64,000 nucleotides of DNA from the human T2T-CHM13v2.0 reference genome, Homo sapiens: assembly GCF_009914755.1 (NCBI RefSeq), contig NC_060926.1. One strand, given 5' to 3'. Position numbers and translations under genes: made by a program. Below the pieces are notes generated by a model, which was given only the letters and a program-made list of their open reading frames with translations, ran no database searches and had not been told where the DNA came from. Shown in pieces: positions 1-13,924 of the stretch; the stretch's first letter is position 1, and each line of letters starts with the position of its first letter.

Positions 1-241
1 AGAAAGGTGTTTGGGAGCTCAAATGAGGTCATAAGTAACTATATGGTGTGGGGTAGAAGTATTTATGAAGCAACTAGTCTGGTTTTATAGGTATTCTCCA
101 GGTTGAGGGCTAGCCAAAAAAAAAAAAGCATTCTAGTCAGACAGAGCAATAAATGGAAAGGTAGAGAGTTATAAAATAGCACAGTGTGTTTATAAAGCTA
201 GTTTCATTAATTAATCATTCATTTAATAAATGTGTCTGTAG

Positions 242-405
242 GGCTGGGTGCAGTGGCTCATGCCTGTAATCGCAGTGCTTTGGGAGGCCAAGGTGGAGGA
301 TCGCTTGAGCCTGGGAGTTTGAGGTTACAATGAACTATACTTGCACCATTGCATTCCAGTTTGGATGACAGAGTGGGACACTGTTTCAAAAACAATAAAT
401 AAAAG
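242..405 (+). mobile_element. Alu monomer (FRAM-like or left/right-arm recombined AluJ) inserted in an L2 relic
   Basis: Starts like an Alu left arm (ggctgggtgcagtggctcatgcctgtaat) and ends like a right arm (cattgcattccagtttggatgacagagtg) with an A-rich tail. Confidence 0.85.
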
Positions 406-3100
406 AAGAAATATTAGATGCTATGCAAGGTGTTAAGTGTTGAGCATCCAAAGGGTGAGTATGATGTTCATGACTTCTGCCTTCATAGAGCATACAGTCT
501 ACTGTTTAGTGTGAATGGAGCATAAGGTGTCTAGATAAGGATAGTATTTATGGACAAGGTAGCAGGAATGGCCAATAGAAGGCAGATTGTAAGCTACCTT
601 AATTGGTACCCTAAGGGGCTAGTTATTGTTATGAAAGCTACTGGCCTCCAAAGTTTTCTGACTATATATCCAGCCTATAAAAATTTCACATATTTACCCC
701 AACATATGTATACATTTATTAATAAACTCTATAATGTATATTATTGTACTGATATATACACTGTAAAATACACCAAAAAATATAAATGAGATAATTTAAA
801 TATAAATAGACAAGCTAGTATTCTCTTCCTGCATTCCATGCTCCATCTTGCATATCTTGGGTTCACGCACCTTACTTTGTAAACTAGCAGGAAATGGGAA
901 GCATTCAAGCCTCTTTTGCAGCAAAAAGATTTGATCAGAATTCTGATTCATAAAGATTCTGAATATGACTTTTATTTTAGTTGTGCTGAATAATGTTTTT
1001 AAAAGCATAGGAGAAGCTGGGCTCATATGATTCCTTCCAGTTCCAGGGTTTTGTAGCTGGGGGTGCTCCTTAGAAGAGGTTAGCAATCTAACCTAGTGTT
1101 GTTGATTAGTTGTGTTATTAAGATACAATACACAAGACTAACGAAGTGACTTAAAATAGACTATCCAATATGGAGTTGGTATTCCCTGCAGTGAAACTGA
1201 CTTTGTTACTTGCAAGTCACCACTTTATAAATAAATGAGTCACAGCAAACAATCCAACTGGTTTCCTATATAGATATTTCAGTGGGCTACGTGTCAGTTT
1301 TCATACATAGGCCATGCTTTTTTATATTAGAAAAACACAAAACCAAAGAAGTTGATTTGTATAAGGCAGTGCTTCTTAAATGGAAGTAATAAATCTGACA
1401 GGAATATTTTTTTCCTAAATAAACTTTGGCAAATTACTTTTTGATTCATCCATATTATACCTGGAAGTGGAGAAATAAAGGTGGGGCACACTATCCAAAA
1501 AGCTGGACTAAGGGAGCAGAACTGGGCAGTTTTAGAGGTCCCAGAAATCAGTGGTACAGGATAGCAGAGACATAAGGCAGATGAGATGCCAGGTTGTTTA
1601 GAAGGCTAGTAACTGGGAAGACAGAATTAGGATGAGTTATTCCAAATCAGGAAGACACAATTACCAGAGTTAGGACCCAGATGTGCAAGAGTTTGGAGAA
1701 TGCATGTAAAGAACCAGTCCCGAGGAAAACCTCAATGACTGAAGAGGCGGCTTGCTTCAGCTCAGCAGGTCTCTGTGCAAACACTAAGGCGGTTACCAGT
1801 GTAACTTAGGTGCAGCTGAGAACCTGACTGGAATGGGACACAAAAAGGCTGAAAGAAAGATGGTTTGCAAGAAGTCAGTGTGCCCCAAATTCATCTTCCT
1901 AATGAAACATTTATATTACTTATTTCTGAACTTCCAACGGTTCTTTTATGGTTTTAAAAATATTCTCTCATAGAATAAAGGGAAGTGTTCTTCCTAAATT
2001 ATATGAGAATGTATTAGCTGTGTCTTTATGTATACATTTCCTATGCAGTTTAAGAGCAACAATACATAAACTCATTTTACCAATTGGAAAACTATGACAA
2101 GAAAACTTAGGTAGGAGACGGTTCGGTTTGTTTTTGTCGGTTTCCCCCCAACTTTGATTTTGTTCCCTGTCTAAATACTGTAATTGCTTTGTAGCAAATG
2201 CACCTTTCTCTTGCCCCACTTTACCTCACCTCTCTCAAACAACTGAGGTAACATCACATCACAAGCCAAGAACATTCTCATTCTGAGTTCACTTGGCAGT
2301 AGATAGAACAGTACTCCAACTTGACAAGCATTATAGCAGGTAAGAGGGGAAAAAAAATGGGTTACTGATTTGACATACTGCTGTTGAAAACTGTCCTAAG
2401 GCTAGTGGGTGTTCGCTAAAACCAAAATGGGCCATGGCTAGAGGCACCTGTAGAATAGTTAATGACAGTCATTTAGCTTTCATTCATTTTTCAGTTCAAA
2501 TTATTTTAGAATACTTTGTTAGTTCAGAACATGTTTGCTTAAGTCATTTCAGTAGTAATGCTTTTCTACAGGAGGCAATTAGGTATTCTTCATTTTACAG
2601 CTCTTGAATAATAGCTAAGAAAACTGCAATTGCACAAGCAAAGTGCAGATAAACACCAGATTATCATATTAAAGTTCTTATTAGTCTGTCAGAAGAATTT
2701 TTTGCACTGAATGCTTTTTAGTTTTTTTATTATCCATTTTTTAAAGTCAGACTTTTCCCCAATGTTAGTTTAGTTTTAAATAAATTAATCAGTCTACATT
2801 TTTACTAGGAAACTAATCTTTACTTCACGTCCCTGCCACCATTAACTTCAGCCTAAAATAGCAAATTTCCCTTCAAAATTTTAAAAATATGTATAATTTT
2901 AATTTTTTTTTTCTGGGCTACCCAATGGCTTCTCTACTACAAGCTGTATTAGAAAAGGTGAACCTCTCCCTATGTCAGGTGTGATTGCTTTGTTAAGAAG
3001 CCTATTAGTAATCCTAAACCCAGTATGACAGTGGTCTTTTAAAATAATAGTAAGTTTCCCATGTGTTTGCAGAGTTTCCTAGGTATTTGAAAAGCCACCA

Positions 3101-3462
<362 letters not shown>

Positions 3463-4683
3463 CTATGAAACTATATATACTTTCTTTTCAACTATGGTTT
3501 CATCTTCTGGAAGGGAGAAACTGTATCTTTGGCAACTATTTCTCTTGTTTCTTTCAACATTCAGGGGAGTGTTAAGAAAGTTAGACTATCAGTTAATATT
3601 TCTCAGTTTCTATTTGAAATAGGGTGTTTTTTTCCCAAGATCTGAAGAGAATACACAGAGATTCCCCCTCGTAAAATCTAAAAGCAACCTTCCCTTTACT
3701 GCAGGCATTATTGCAGGTTAAAAACAAAAGGAAAGAAACTGAAGTTACCTTAGAGTGTCATAAAAAATTACCAAGAAGTCTAAAATCCTGCCATCTGCTT
3801 TACGTGAAAACTCTTCTAGTGAGAACCCAAGGCAAAAACTGTGTGTTTCTTCTGTAATACTTCCTCAGAGTATCTATTGTCTTTCAAATGGGGCCAAGGC
3901 TTCTCAAGGGAAAGGAAATACTCTAAAATAAAATTGTAGGGTGCAACATAATTTGTGATTTGTTTTCTTTTATGAGTAAAATTACATGGTATTTTGGCCA
4001 CCTGTTTATAACTGTGTAGGTCCTCCCATGAGGAATATTGTTGGGTCCAGAAGAAAAATAGACAAGTAGGAGGCATGCACCGTTCTTTCAGATACCATCT
4101 GATTAATTGCCTCTGACATTCCCTGACCTTTGTCTGCTCCAGCACGTGTTGTCAGTGACAGAGGCCTTGGACTGCCAGTTTTGCTATCTTTGCTGGCAGA
4201 GGGGCAGAACCGACACTTTTGTAGCCACTGGCAAGACTAAGCCTTCAAGTGGGGAAAAAGATTATTTCTGGGTTGTCTGAACTGCCAAGTTAGCTCCCCA
4301 AATGGTTTGTGCCACAGCAGGTTTGATCTTTTCATTGCATCCTGAGTTACATCGATTTCCTTTGGCTTTTTGACATGGAGAAAACAAGACATAAGAAAAT
4401 GAACCAAGACCAGTTCTTTAGTATTTAAGAACTATTCCAGTCAAAACGAAATAGTCTGGGTATATTGACAAAGCTAGCTTGGAATATTAACAAAGTTAAT
4501 TCAGGTCAGGATATCTGACAGAAATAACTAGTCAGTGGGCAAGGAATTAATTTATTGTGTTCATCTGAACTTCCAATGAGCTTATATCAAGGTAATGAAT
4601 ATGACCAGATTATGGTTTGCCTGTTGCACAAACAGCAAATGCCATCTTTCAGATTTCCTGGGGGGTTATATTCAGTTCTTATG

Positions 4684-4932
4684 GACAGCTTAGCATAGCA
4701 GTTAAGAGCACAGATGCTGGAGTCAGACTGCATGGGATTCAATCGCAACTCTGCCACTTTCTAGTAAATTTGGGCAAATTAATCTATGCGCTTCAGTTTC
4801 CTTATCTTTAAAATGGGGATAATTATGGTACCTACTTCATAAGGTTGTAATGAGTTATAATCAGTGACTTGCTAGGTATGAAAGCACTTTAGCTTAGTGC
4901 CTGATATTGGGAAAGCACTATACAAGTGTAGC
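4684..4932 (+). mobile_element. MIR SINE
   Basis: gttaagagcacagatgctggagtcagactg...cttcagtttccttatctttaaaatggggataat core. Confidence 0.85.
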
Positions 4933-5744
4933 AGTAGCAGTGGGTGGTTTATATATGACATACATGTCATTGGAACAACTTTCAGCACCAGCTCCTATCT
5001 TTTGTGGTTGGATGCTGGATATTTTGAGGACATTTGGGGAGTATGTCAAGGCTGGTTTCTTTTATTCTGTTCAACCTATTTTTCAGGGTGCCTTATTTAA
5101 TAAAAGTTGATTTGTTGCTTTGGAAATACAAGCTAATTTTATGAATTATATAAGGACATCAGGGTAACTTAAAAGCACATAATGCATTTGTAAATATTTG
5201 GGATTGGTTTATGTTTTGGATTGTCAGAACAGCTACCCTTGACCCCATCTTGGTTGACCCAGTGAATGCATGTGAATTTATAGCAGTCTTGGGTTTTTGC
5301 CTGGCAGGAAGCATCTATCAAGTACCCAGCAAATACCCATTTCCCTCCTGCTTGAAAACTGAGCTTTTCTTGTGGAACACTTATCCTTGCACTTAATATC
5401 TGGTTTCTGAATATTCACATTAAACAACAGATAATTTGAGTTATTTTACTATTGATGTGTCATCAAATAGGAAGATGACTATCAATAATATGACTTTTGG
5501 TAAAATGGAATAGAAGGAGTACTTTAAATAGAGGCATCATTAGAAAAATGAACACTGGTTCTTAATACTTAAAAAACACTGGTTTTAACAATACAATACA
5601 AAGAAATATCACCTATGATTTTGTTCCCCTTTTATGTAGAGTTTTATTTTGAAAGGTCGCATTTTGAGTATTTGAGAGACTGAGCTCCTCTGCCTGGATA
5701 ATCTCCAGGTGCAAAACATAGGAATGTCTGTGAATACACACTGG

Positions 5745-5960
5745 GTTGCACATAATTTAACCGCATGGGCTTTGGAATTATGCTGCCTGTCCTCATATCC
5801 TGGCTTTGCCACTCTCTGGCTGTATGGTTTGTCCAAGTTACCTAACCTCTGTAGTCCTCAGTTTCCTCATACATAACAGTGTTGTGAGAATGAAATGAAT
5901 TAACAATATAAATGAAGCACACCACACACTGCCCAATTGGTAGTAAAAATTAGTTGCTGC
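5745..5960 (+). mobile_element. MIR SINE
   Basis: caagttacctaacctctgtagtcctcagtttcctcat core and gttgtgagaatgaaatga. Confidence 0.75.
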
Positions 5961-6139
5961 TACTGCTACTTACTATTACTATTATTGGTGCTTTGCTATT
6001 ATTAGTACTACTAATAATAATGTCGTTATTCAACCAAGTTTCTTTCCCTAACAAACAAAATCACCAAAAAGTACTGTGTGGAGAGCATGCCCTCTGTAAT
6101 GTTGCTATTGAAAAGATTAGAGATATTCTCAAGCTTCTT

Positions 6140-6620
6140 TAATATCTCAATGTTAATCCACCAGCCATGAATTTTCCCAAAGCCTTTTCGAACATCTAAG
6201 CATGTCCAGCTAGTGCTGCCTCTTGAAATCATGAGTTCCATGATCTTCCTGGGCTATATAGAAACTGACATAGAGTGACCAAGGCCACTTGGTTCCAGCG
6301 TCATGAAGTGGTGCCTCCCTCCTTTTTATGTTACAGACTTGGTGAACATATCACTTTTGATCTCTTTCAAACACACAGAGTGATTTTTTATAAATCCCTG
6401 TTGCCCCCCTTTTATCTCACACATTATCTTCTAAGCCTAAAGAATCTTTCAAGTAATGGTATAGATATATAAATATCTTCTTAAATGGCAGCTTTTCCCC
6501 CAGTAAAATGACATTCAAGAGTAAGGCAGTGGTTGTTTCTCTATCATGATTTCTAATTTTTCTAGATTCTAGCATAGATGACCTACGGTTGCCTATTCTT
6601 TTTCTAATGTACATCTTTTT
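6140..6620 (-). mobile_element. CR1/L3 LINE 3' relic
   Basis: Minus strand gaactcatgatttcaagaggcagc...gttcgaaaaggctttgggaaaattcatgg resembles the CR1 ORF2 C-terminus (FKKGLDKFM-type). Confidence 0.5.
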
Positions 6621-6867
6621 AAGCTCCTTTCAAAGAATTATAGAGAAAGACGGTCTTATGCACCCATTTAGTCTGCCCCTGACTTGGGCAAACATCCCTT
6701 CTATGTATTAGGAACAGCAGTTTTCCCAGCTGAGGTGATAACAGTCCTAGTCTTGCAAAAACCCAACCCCAGACCTAAGGCAGTAGACTCAAACACATGC
6801 ATGTGACAATCATTTTTTGTTGCTGTTATAGAGCCAAGTTCCATTGTTCAGAATTTTTATGATATTT

Positions 6868-7171
6868 TATATATATATATATATAATTTTGAGACAGGGT
6901 CTCACTCTGTCACCCAGGCTGGAGTGCAGTGGTATAAACTTGGCTCACTGTAACCTCCATCTCTTGGCCTCAAGCAATCCTCCCACCTCAGCCTTCTGAG
7001 TAGCTGGGACTACAGGTGCATGTCACCAAACCAAAATAACTTTTGTATTTTTTGTAGAGATGGAGTTTTGCCTTGTTGCCCAGGCTGGTCTTGAACTCCA
7101 AGGCTCAAGTGATCTGCCCGGCTTAGCCTCCCAAAGTGCTGGGATTATAGGCGTGAGCCACCACACCCAGC
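6868..7171 (-). mobile_element. AluJ with (TA)n-degenerated tail
   Basis: Antisense dimeric Alu with J-type gcaatcctcccacctcagcc. Confidence 0.9.
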
Positions 7172-10100
7172 TCTGATGTATTTTTATCTGATCCTCAACA
7201 TGAACCAGGACTTTAGAAGAGAAATGCCATCCTTGCGCCAATATTAACTATCACATTTCCCAGCATCTACTGAGCTGTCTTCACCCATCTTGCCACCTGA
7301 CATCCTGAAATTTGGGTGAAAGTCTTCTCTGGCTTACTATTCTGAAAGGCTTGTATTGTTTCCAGACCTCTTACCTTATTTGTTTGTATTTTATCATACA
7401 GACATAGTAAAATGGTAATGAATATGCTATTTTATATTTTTTCTGCCTCCTATATAAAAATAATTAGTGGAAACTATTTGTAAAGGAAGATACATTTACC
7501 TTTGTTGGCTAAAAGTTATCTTGATTGCCAGTCTGAATAGTGCCATGGATGGTATAGGCAGGCCTGGGGCATAGATGGGAACAAACCTAAAAGATAAGCA
7601 AAGAATGGGTGGAGAGAAGATAAGGGTGCAGAGAAAACAGAGGCTCATCTGGTAGAAAGAAATAAAGTGCCCTCTGAAAGTGTCTCAAGTGCTTCCTAGT
7701 GGCACTGGTGCCATAAGGCAGCTGTGTTGAGTCTAAGCCAAGTATCTTCCTGATCTCCACTGCTTCCTGCGGCTGAACGGGGCACAGGTCTTTCATACAC
7801 ATTTATTGTAATTTAGGGAGTGAACATGGTCCAGGTATTTGAAAAGAAGACTGGTTGTCAGGAAGCATTCCTTCTGCTTCTCTGCATTGTGTGTCTGTGA
7901 TTATGTGTGTGACTTTATGAGAAGTATCTGACCTTCTCTCTACACAATTCCTCCTGCTTGTGAGATAAGGTGTGCCCTGGCTGGGGTGTTGGCAAGCCTG
8001 GTGAACATGTCTAAACTACTCTGGGGGAGAGAATTGTGAGAGTGGGGAGGGGGTGCCCTTGGGTCCAGCCTTCCCAGAGCATAAAAAGAAGTGACACCCT
8101 GGGACCCAGCCACTCTGAGGCTCAGGGAGGGCTTGGTAAATGACTTCATCCACGGTATGAAATGGTTAATTTTTCTTTGTCTGAATAAAGATAGAGCATA
8201 CAATTACCCATGGATGATTCTCAGGTAAAGGCTCATATTGAGTGTCCGCTGTGTTTATGGCATGGTTGTAAGCCTAATGGATAATTAAGAACACCTAATC
8301 CTCACTCTAAAGGCAAAGACAGTAAAATAGGGGAGGGGTAGGCAGACTGACAGGAAACACATACATAGAACCCTATAAATCAGTATTATTTTATCAGTCA
8401 GTGACATGTCTCTTTAGCATTCATTATACTTTTTAAAAAACTCCCAATTAAATTATTGTCTATGAGTATATTGAAAGCTCTTCTATTTTATTTGTAAAAG
8501 TTTGGCTACTTAATATTCCTTCAGAAACATTAATGAAAATAAGATTTTCCAATTAGTCAAGTAAATTCAGGAGCACTGTGTAAGGCATGGAGAGGGTAAG
8601 AGTTGAGGGAACTCAAATTAATTTATTGAAACATTAAAGAAACTGTATGGAACTACTAACAAATAACATGAAAAGATACATAATTCTTTGCAAGTATAAT
8701 GAATGGACTATATTGAAGTTATCCAAATGAATGGAATATTGTGATAGGTTGGAAAAGTGAGAGAGGTCTAGATGGAGGAAAAAGAGCTTGAACAGTTCTT
8801 AAAAGACAGGTAGGAGCTAGATCGGTAAAGATGAGATGAGTTTTCTAGCTAAAGGAAATAACTAACCTATAAAATTGTTTTTAAAATTTTAATAGTAAAA
8901 GCCATACTCATTCTTACTTATTACTTGCTGGGAAAGAATAAAATATTTCCAAAGGAATTTGGGTGTTTGAAAAAATTGTAGAAATATTCTGTATTTTTCT
9001 CAGAAAAAAATTAAATATTGTATTTAAAAGTGACCATTAGCCTTTCTGGTGTGACTCAGAAATGTTTCTGTATTTAAATATCATTGCAACTTTAGTTATA
9101 TCTTTTCCCTGTGAGCCTGGAAAGACAAGATGCTGGTATCATACCTGAGATCAATTAACATTTTTATAGTGTGTCGATATGATTGATATTAATACATTAT
9201 AATAAAACAGACTAATTAGAGTTAGCGACAAACTGTTGAGATGGTGGTATTGATGAAATATCTCTGTCCATTGCAGGAGAGTTGCAGCAATCCACTCATA
9301 TAGTGATTACACCTTGTGACAAAAGACAGTATCTTCATATTTCTTCATTTTAAGTCAAAGCGTAAATGTAGGCAGAGATGTTTTTAACTAACATGACTAT
9401 GATCATCTATGTGCCATTATCTAATTGCTCACAGAAATCAAATTGTACAAGTGCCGAGGAATCTGAATCCAGTCTTGAGCTGTCAGTGGAGAATGTCAGT
9501 CATTTCAGTAAATTGCCCCCTTAGGGTCATCCTGTATAATTCTTTAATTTTAGGCCCAAAAAACTATGAAAGGAATTTTGTGTAAAATGTACCAAAAGAA
9601 CTGTCCCATTTAAAACATTTTATGCCATGCTTGGAAATGAAAATGGACCCTTCAAGAAGTAAGTCTATAAGTTGTTTTATCAACTTATAGATGTTACTCA
9701 GATGGAATGGTAACAACTTGGCTTGTGTGTTCTCTAAAAAATTATCACGTTTTCAAGTTATGCATTTAACCTGTATTGACATATGGAAGTTTTGATGTAG
9801 TTTCCTTTCTCAATCAACTCCAAAGAGTCAAAAGTGATTATCAAAGCTGAAAAGGCTTTTGTATTTTCTTCAAATGTTAAAGCCATGTATGTGAACAACA
9901 AGGCTGATGAATTTGCTGTTTTATTTCGTTGACATCTTAATTCAAAATGTAAACTGAAGTTTCTTTTCATTTCTTTGCACTGTTAATATTATTCTGTTTT
10001 TGGTTAGGTTGGGTAAAAACTGTTCACTGGTGTCATTTTTTATAATTAGACTTTTATAGCTTGGGGTTTTTGGTAAGCAAATAAATATTTTAAATGTAAT

Positions 10101-10853
10101 TGGTGCAATTACTGTATGTGCACTGAACAACTTTATATTGAGCTTCATGTCATGTCACATTTTTATGCTAGTGGTTTCTTATGATTTTTTTAATTGTATG
10201 TGGTATTCTTCTGAAATATATAATTACCAACTCACCCTGAGTTGGAGAAGCAAGAGTTCTGTCGTTCTCTCAAACAGACTTGTATTGAAAGATATAAAAA
10301 AGCTTGCTTTATTCTAACATTATTTCCCCATCGATAAAAGTGGTTCATGTCTATGTTATTTTTACATCTTGTACAATCCCAGCATCACATTGTTCTAGTA
10401 GGAGTACAAACAGATAACCCAAGCTTAGTCCAGATTTGATTTGGGAGAAACTAGAAGGCTGGGAAAGGTAGATGGAAGGTTGTGATGAGTAGGAGGCCAG
10501 GGGTAAAAGCAGAAGGAAACAAGAATAATGTAACCATTAGCTAAACATGAAATTTTACCCCTGCTCCTGCCTTCGTGGCATCACATAACATGGAGAGTTT
10601 TAAGATGGCATATTTGTTCTAGCTTCATCTTTTCTCAGAATGCCAACCAGCAGCACATTCAGGCCACATACAAACCACAGCGGAGAGGCTAGGGCAAGGA
10701 TTAGTGTGAGGGTGAGCCCAAGGAGAAGGGGAAAGTAGTAGCACAGCCCTGGGCTCTAGGAAGTTTTGGAGAGGTTTTAGAATGGCAGGATGAAAAGTAG
10801 TATCAAACAAAACCAAAAGGTCCTTATTAAAATCAATTAGCAAAAAGAATCTA

Positions 10854-11161
<308 letters not shown>

Positions 11162-12331
11162 CTAAGTCTAAGATAATCATTCCCAAATACTCTCTTCCAA
11201 AGGGTAGGAAGACTGACAGTGTCCTACTGAAGGGCCAGAAAAAGAAATTATCTTTGCTCAGTGTTGAACTATTCTGTTATAAAGCATTGTAAACATTATA
11301 GCAACACTTATGACCATTATAACCCTACATGTGTTCCCATTGCATGTTTAATAATTTCTCTACTTTAAAAAAATTGAGAACTAGATCGAGAAGACAACTG
11401 ATTGTAGAACAGTCAGAGAGCTTCGTGCTGGTGAACATTAATAGAGCTATAATAGTCTGCCAAAATTATGATGAAATCACTGGAGGCATCAAGGCAAAAA
11501 AACAAATCAAGGGGAAGCTATTAACAGTTTAGCATTTCTAGTTTGTGTGAGAATATGGATTCCAGCTAGCAGAAGAATACTTCAACTCAGATTGGCTGTT
11601 AGGCATTGCTAGAAATCTTGTTTGTTTTTGTTTTTTGTTTTTTTTTTCAAAAACAATATTGAATTCTATACTGGTTCTGAAGGTCACCTTAATAGGAGGG
11701 CTAGTTTACCTGTCTCATAACGTTACAGAAAAATATGAGCCTAAGGGAAAGAGAAAGTTCAACAAACTTCTTACAATTCCATCCAGTGATTCTGAAGCTG
11801 AATTAGTACTGACTGCAATAAAACCTAGTAGATTATTTCAAATCTTCACTGCCTAGATGTGCGAAGTCCTGTCAGAATCTCCTCACCAAATCTGTGCACT
11901 TTATACTAAGGTGAACATTTGCCCAGCCTGTTCTTTAAGCTAGCCTAGAAAATCTTCCCACAAGAAACTTTCTACCCTTTTTCCCCAAAACCATGAATCT
12001 CAATAATCTTACATTGATTATAATTTGGAAACACTTTATTCAAATTGCTTCAAAGAAAACCACCACCAGGCCCCCAAGTTTCCTTAGTGAGAAGCCAAAG
12101 ACTTTAGAGACACTAGATTCTCCAGGAAGGTATATTAGTGCTTTTTAAAGAGCTGCATGTTGTCTCTGGTTAGTAAACGATGGTTCATGTCTTAGATGAA
12201 AGAAGGATGAGAGCCAATGGGTCTGTGCTCTTCTCCAGTTGGAAGGTGAAAGTGATATGAAAAGGCTATTAGGGAAAGTATATTTTTCTGCTTACTTTTC
12301 TTATCAATGGTATATTTTAAAAGTATTCCTT

Positions 12332-12437
12332 GGCCGGGCGCGGTGGCTCACGCCTGTAATTCCAGCACTTTGGGAGGCCGAGGCGGGCAGAACACGAGGT
12401 CAGGAGATCAAGACCATCCTGGCTAACATGGTGAAAC
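12332..12437 (+). mobile_element. AluY left arm, 3'-truncated
   Basis: CpG-rich ggccgggcgcggtggctcacg...accatcctggctaacatggtgaaac, then an abrupt end with no linker, tail or TSD. Confidence 0.9.
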
Positions 12438-13273
12438 TATGTTACTAAGTTCCTCTAGCTACATAGCTAGCTAGAGTCTCCCCAGTGGCAGCAATTGTCA
12501 ACATTCCTGTGGTCAACTACAATAACTCCATTGACATTCAATTCAAATTTTAATTCTACTGTTCTCACTTTTAGTTTCTTTGTTGTACCTTCCTTTTTGT
12601 TGGTCAGTTTTCCTTTTTCAGTTACCCCTTTTCGTAAAGTGTCACGTTGGTTTATCACTGGGAGACAGGGAAAAGCAAAACTACATTCTTTGCTGTCTGT
12701 GCATGGACTGAATAATGAAGTGCAGTGAACAATCACCAACAGACTTAAAAGAAGTGATGTGATTGGTCACTGATCATGATGCGCATGTGTTATTTACATA
12801 GCAATTTGTAGAGACCAAGCAGTGAAGTTTGTACTTCATGCAGTTACTCATAGTTAACATTCTGTGGTAACTGAAACTTGAACTGTGTTGCTCGGGGGAC
12901 AACTGTGATAACTGAAATTTGTGAATATTGAAACTATGGGCCGGGCACAGTGGCTCACACCTGTAATCCTAGCACTTCGGGAGGCTGAGGCGGGTGGATC
13001 ACGAGGTCAGGAGATCAAGACCATCCTGGCTAACACGGTGAAACCCCGTCTCTACTAAAAAAATACAAAAAAATTAGCCAGGCGTGGTAGTGGGCGCCTG
13101 TAGTCCCAGCTACTCAGGAGGCTGAGGCAGGAGAATGGTGTGAACCCAGGAGGTGGAGCTTGCAGTGAGCCGAGATCCCACCACTACACTCCAGCCTGGG
13201 CGACAGAGTGAGACTCCGTCTCAAAAAAAAAAAAAAAAAAAAAAAAGAAACTATGAACAGCAATGATTGCCTG
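12438..13273 (-). mobile_element. Tigger (Tigger13a-like) DNA transposon fragment interrupted by AluY
   Basis: Terminal gattgcctg|TA at 13273-13275; internal tgattggtcactgatcatgatgcgca; minus-strand KKLKVRTVELKFE resembles the Tigger transposase N-terminal HTH start. Confidence 0.7.
12939..13246 (+). mobile_element. AluY, full length
   Basis: Y-type ggctaacacggtg and gagcttgcagtg; long poly(A); TSD gaaactatg at 12930-12938 and 13247-13255. Confidence 0.97.
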
Positions 13274-13275
13274 TA

Positions 13276-13715
13276 TAAGGATGTTCACTACACCATTATC
13301 TGTATTAGGAAAAAGTGGAGATTAAAAACCCGAATGAAGAAACAGTTAAGTAAAAGTTAGCACATCTACACTAGGCAATTGTTAAAAAGAATGAGGTCAA
13401 TCTTATATGTATTGACAGGGAAGGGTGTCCAATGACATGTCATGAAAAAAAAGCTTGTTGTAGAACATTATGTATAGTATAATGCCATGTATATAAAAAA
13501 GAAATATTTATGTATATTTGTTTATTTTTATATTTAGGTTTGATAGAAAAAGCTCTGGAAGGCCCACCTAATTGTCAGCAACAATTACTCCTGCAGAGTA
13601 GAAATTGAGGACTGGAGTTTGGTGGTGGGCAGACTTTCAAATTGTATTCTCACACTTTTTAATAATTTTTTCCCCAATAAATGCATGATTATTTATTAAA
13701 TTTTCAAAAAAAGTA
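13276..13715 (+). mobile_element. Old L1 (L1ME/L1MC) 3' end
   Basis: aggatgttcact...aaaaagaatgaggtcaatcttatatgtattgaca...gtatagtataatgcc typical of L1M 3' UTRs. Confidence 0.65.
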
Positions 13716-13764
13716 CAAAAATTTAAAATCTCATATGAGGAACCATTTAAGATATTTTGCCTGT

Positions 13765-13875
13765 CATGGAGAACATGATGGCATTCTTCAAACATTTGAA
13801 GGGCCGTCATTGGAAGAAAGATTACATTTGTTCTGAAAGATATTGAACAGCTGATATGGGACCAATGGATGCAAT
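13765..13875 (+). mobile_element. CR1/L3 fragment
   Basis: acatgatggcattcttcaaacatttgaagggccgtcattggaaga...ggaccaatgg. Confidence 0.55.
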
Positions 13876-13924
13876 AAAATCATTTCTTAAACTATAAGAA
13901 ATGTAAAATCCTTTTAAAGACCAT

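Noticed and set aside
1100-1145. AT-rich hairpin ttagt-tgtg-tatt/aata-caca-actaa
   Set aside because: Weak, bulged and expected by chance.
3960-4120. Minus-strand translation SEAINQMVSERTVHASYLSIF, faintly like ferritin helix A ([20 protein letters not shown])
   Set aside because: Similarity is short and needs gaps, does not extend, and has no poly(A) or TSD; probably chance.
4190-4210. CTCF-like tggcagaggggcag (also gtgccctctagct at ~33829)
   Set aside because: Mismatches at core consensus positions.
6026-6241. LDVRKGFGKIH resembling the RT motif LDFSKAFD
   Set aside because: The nucleotide match fits the CR1 3' end in another frame; already covered as a repeat relic.
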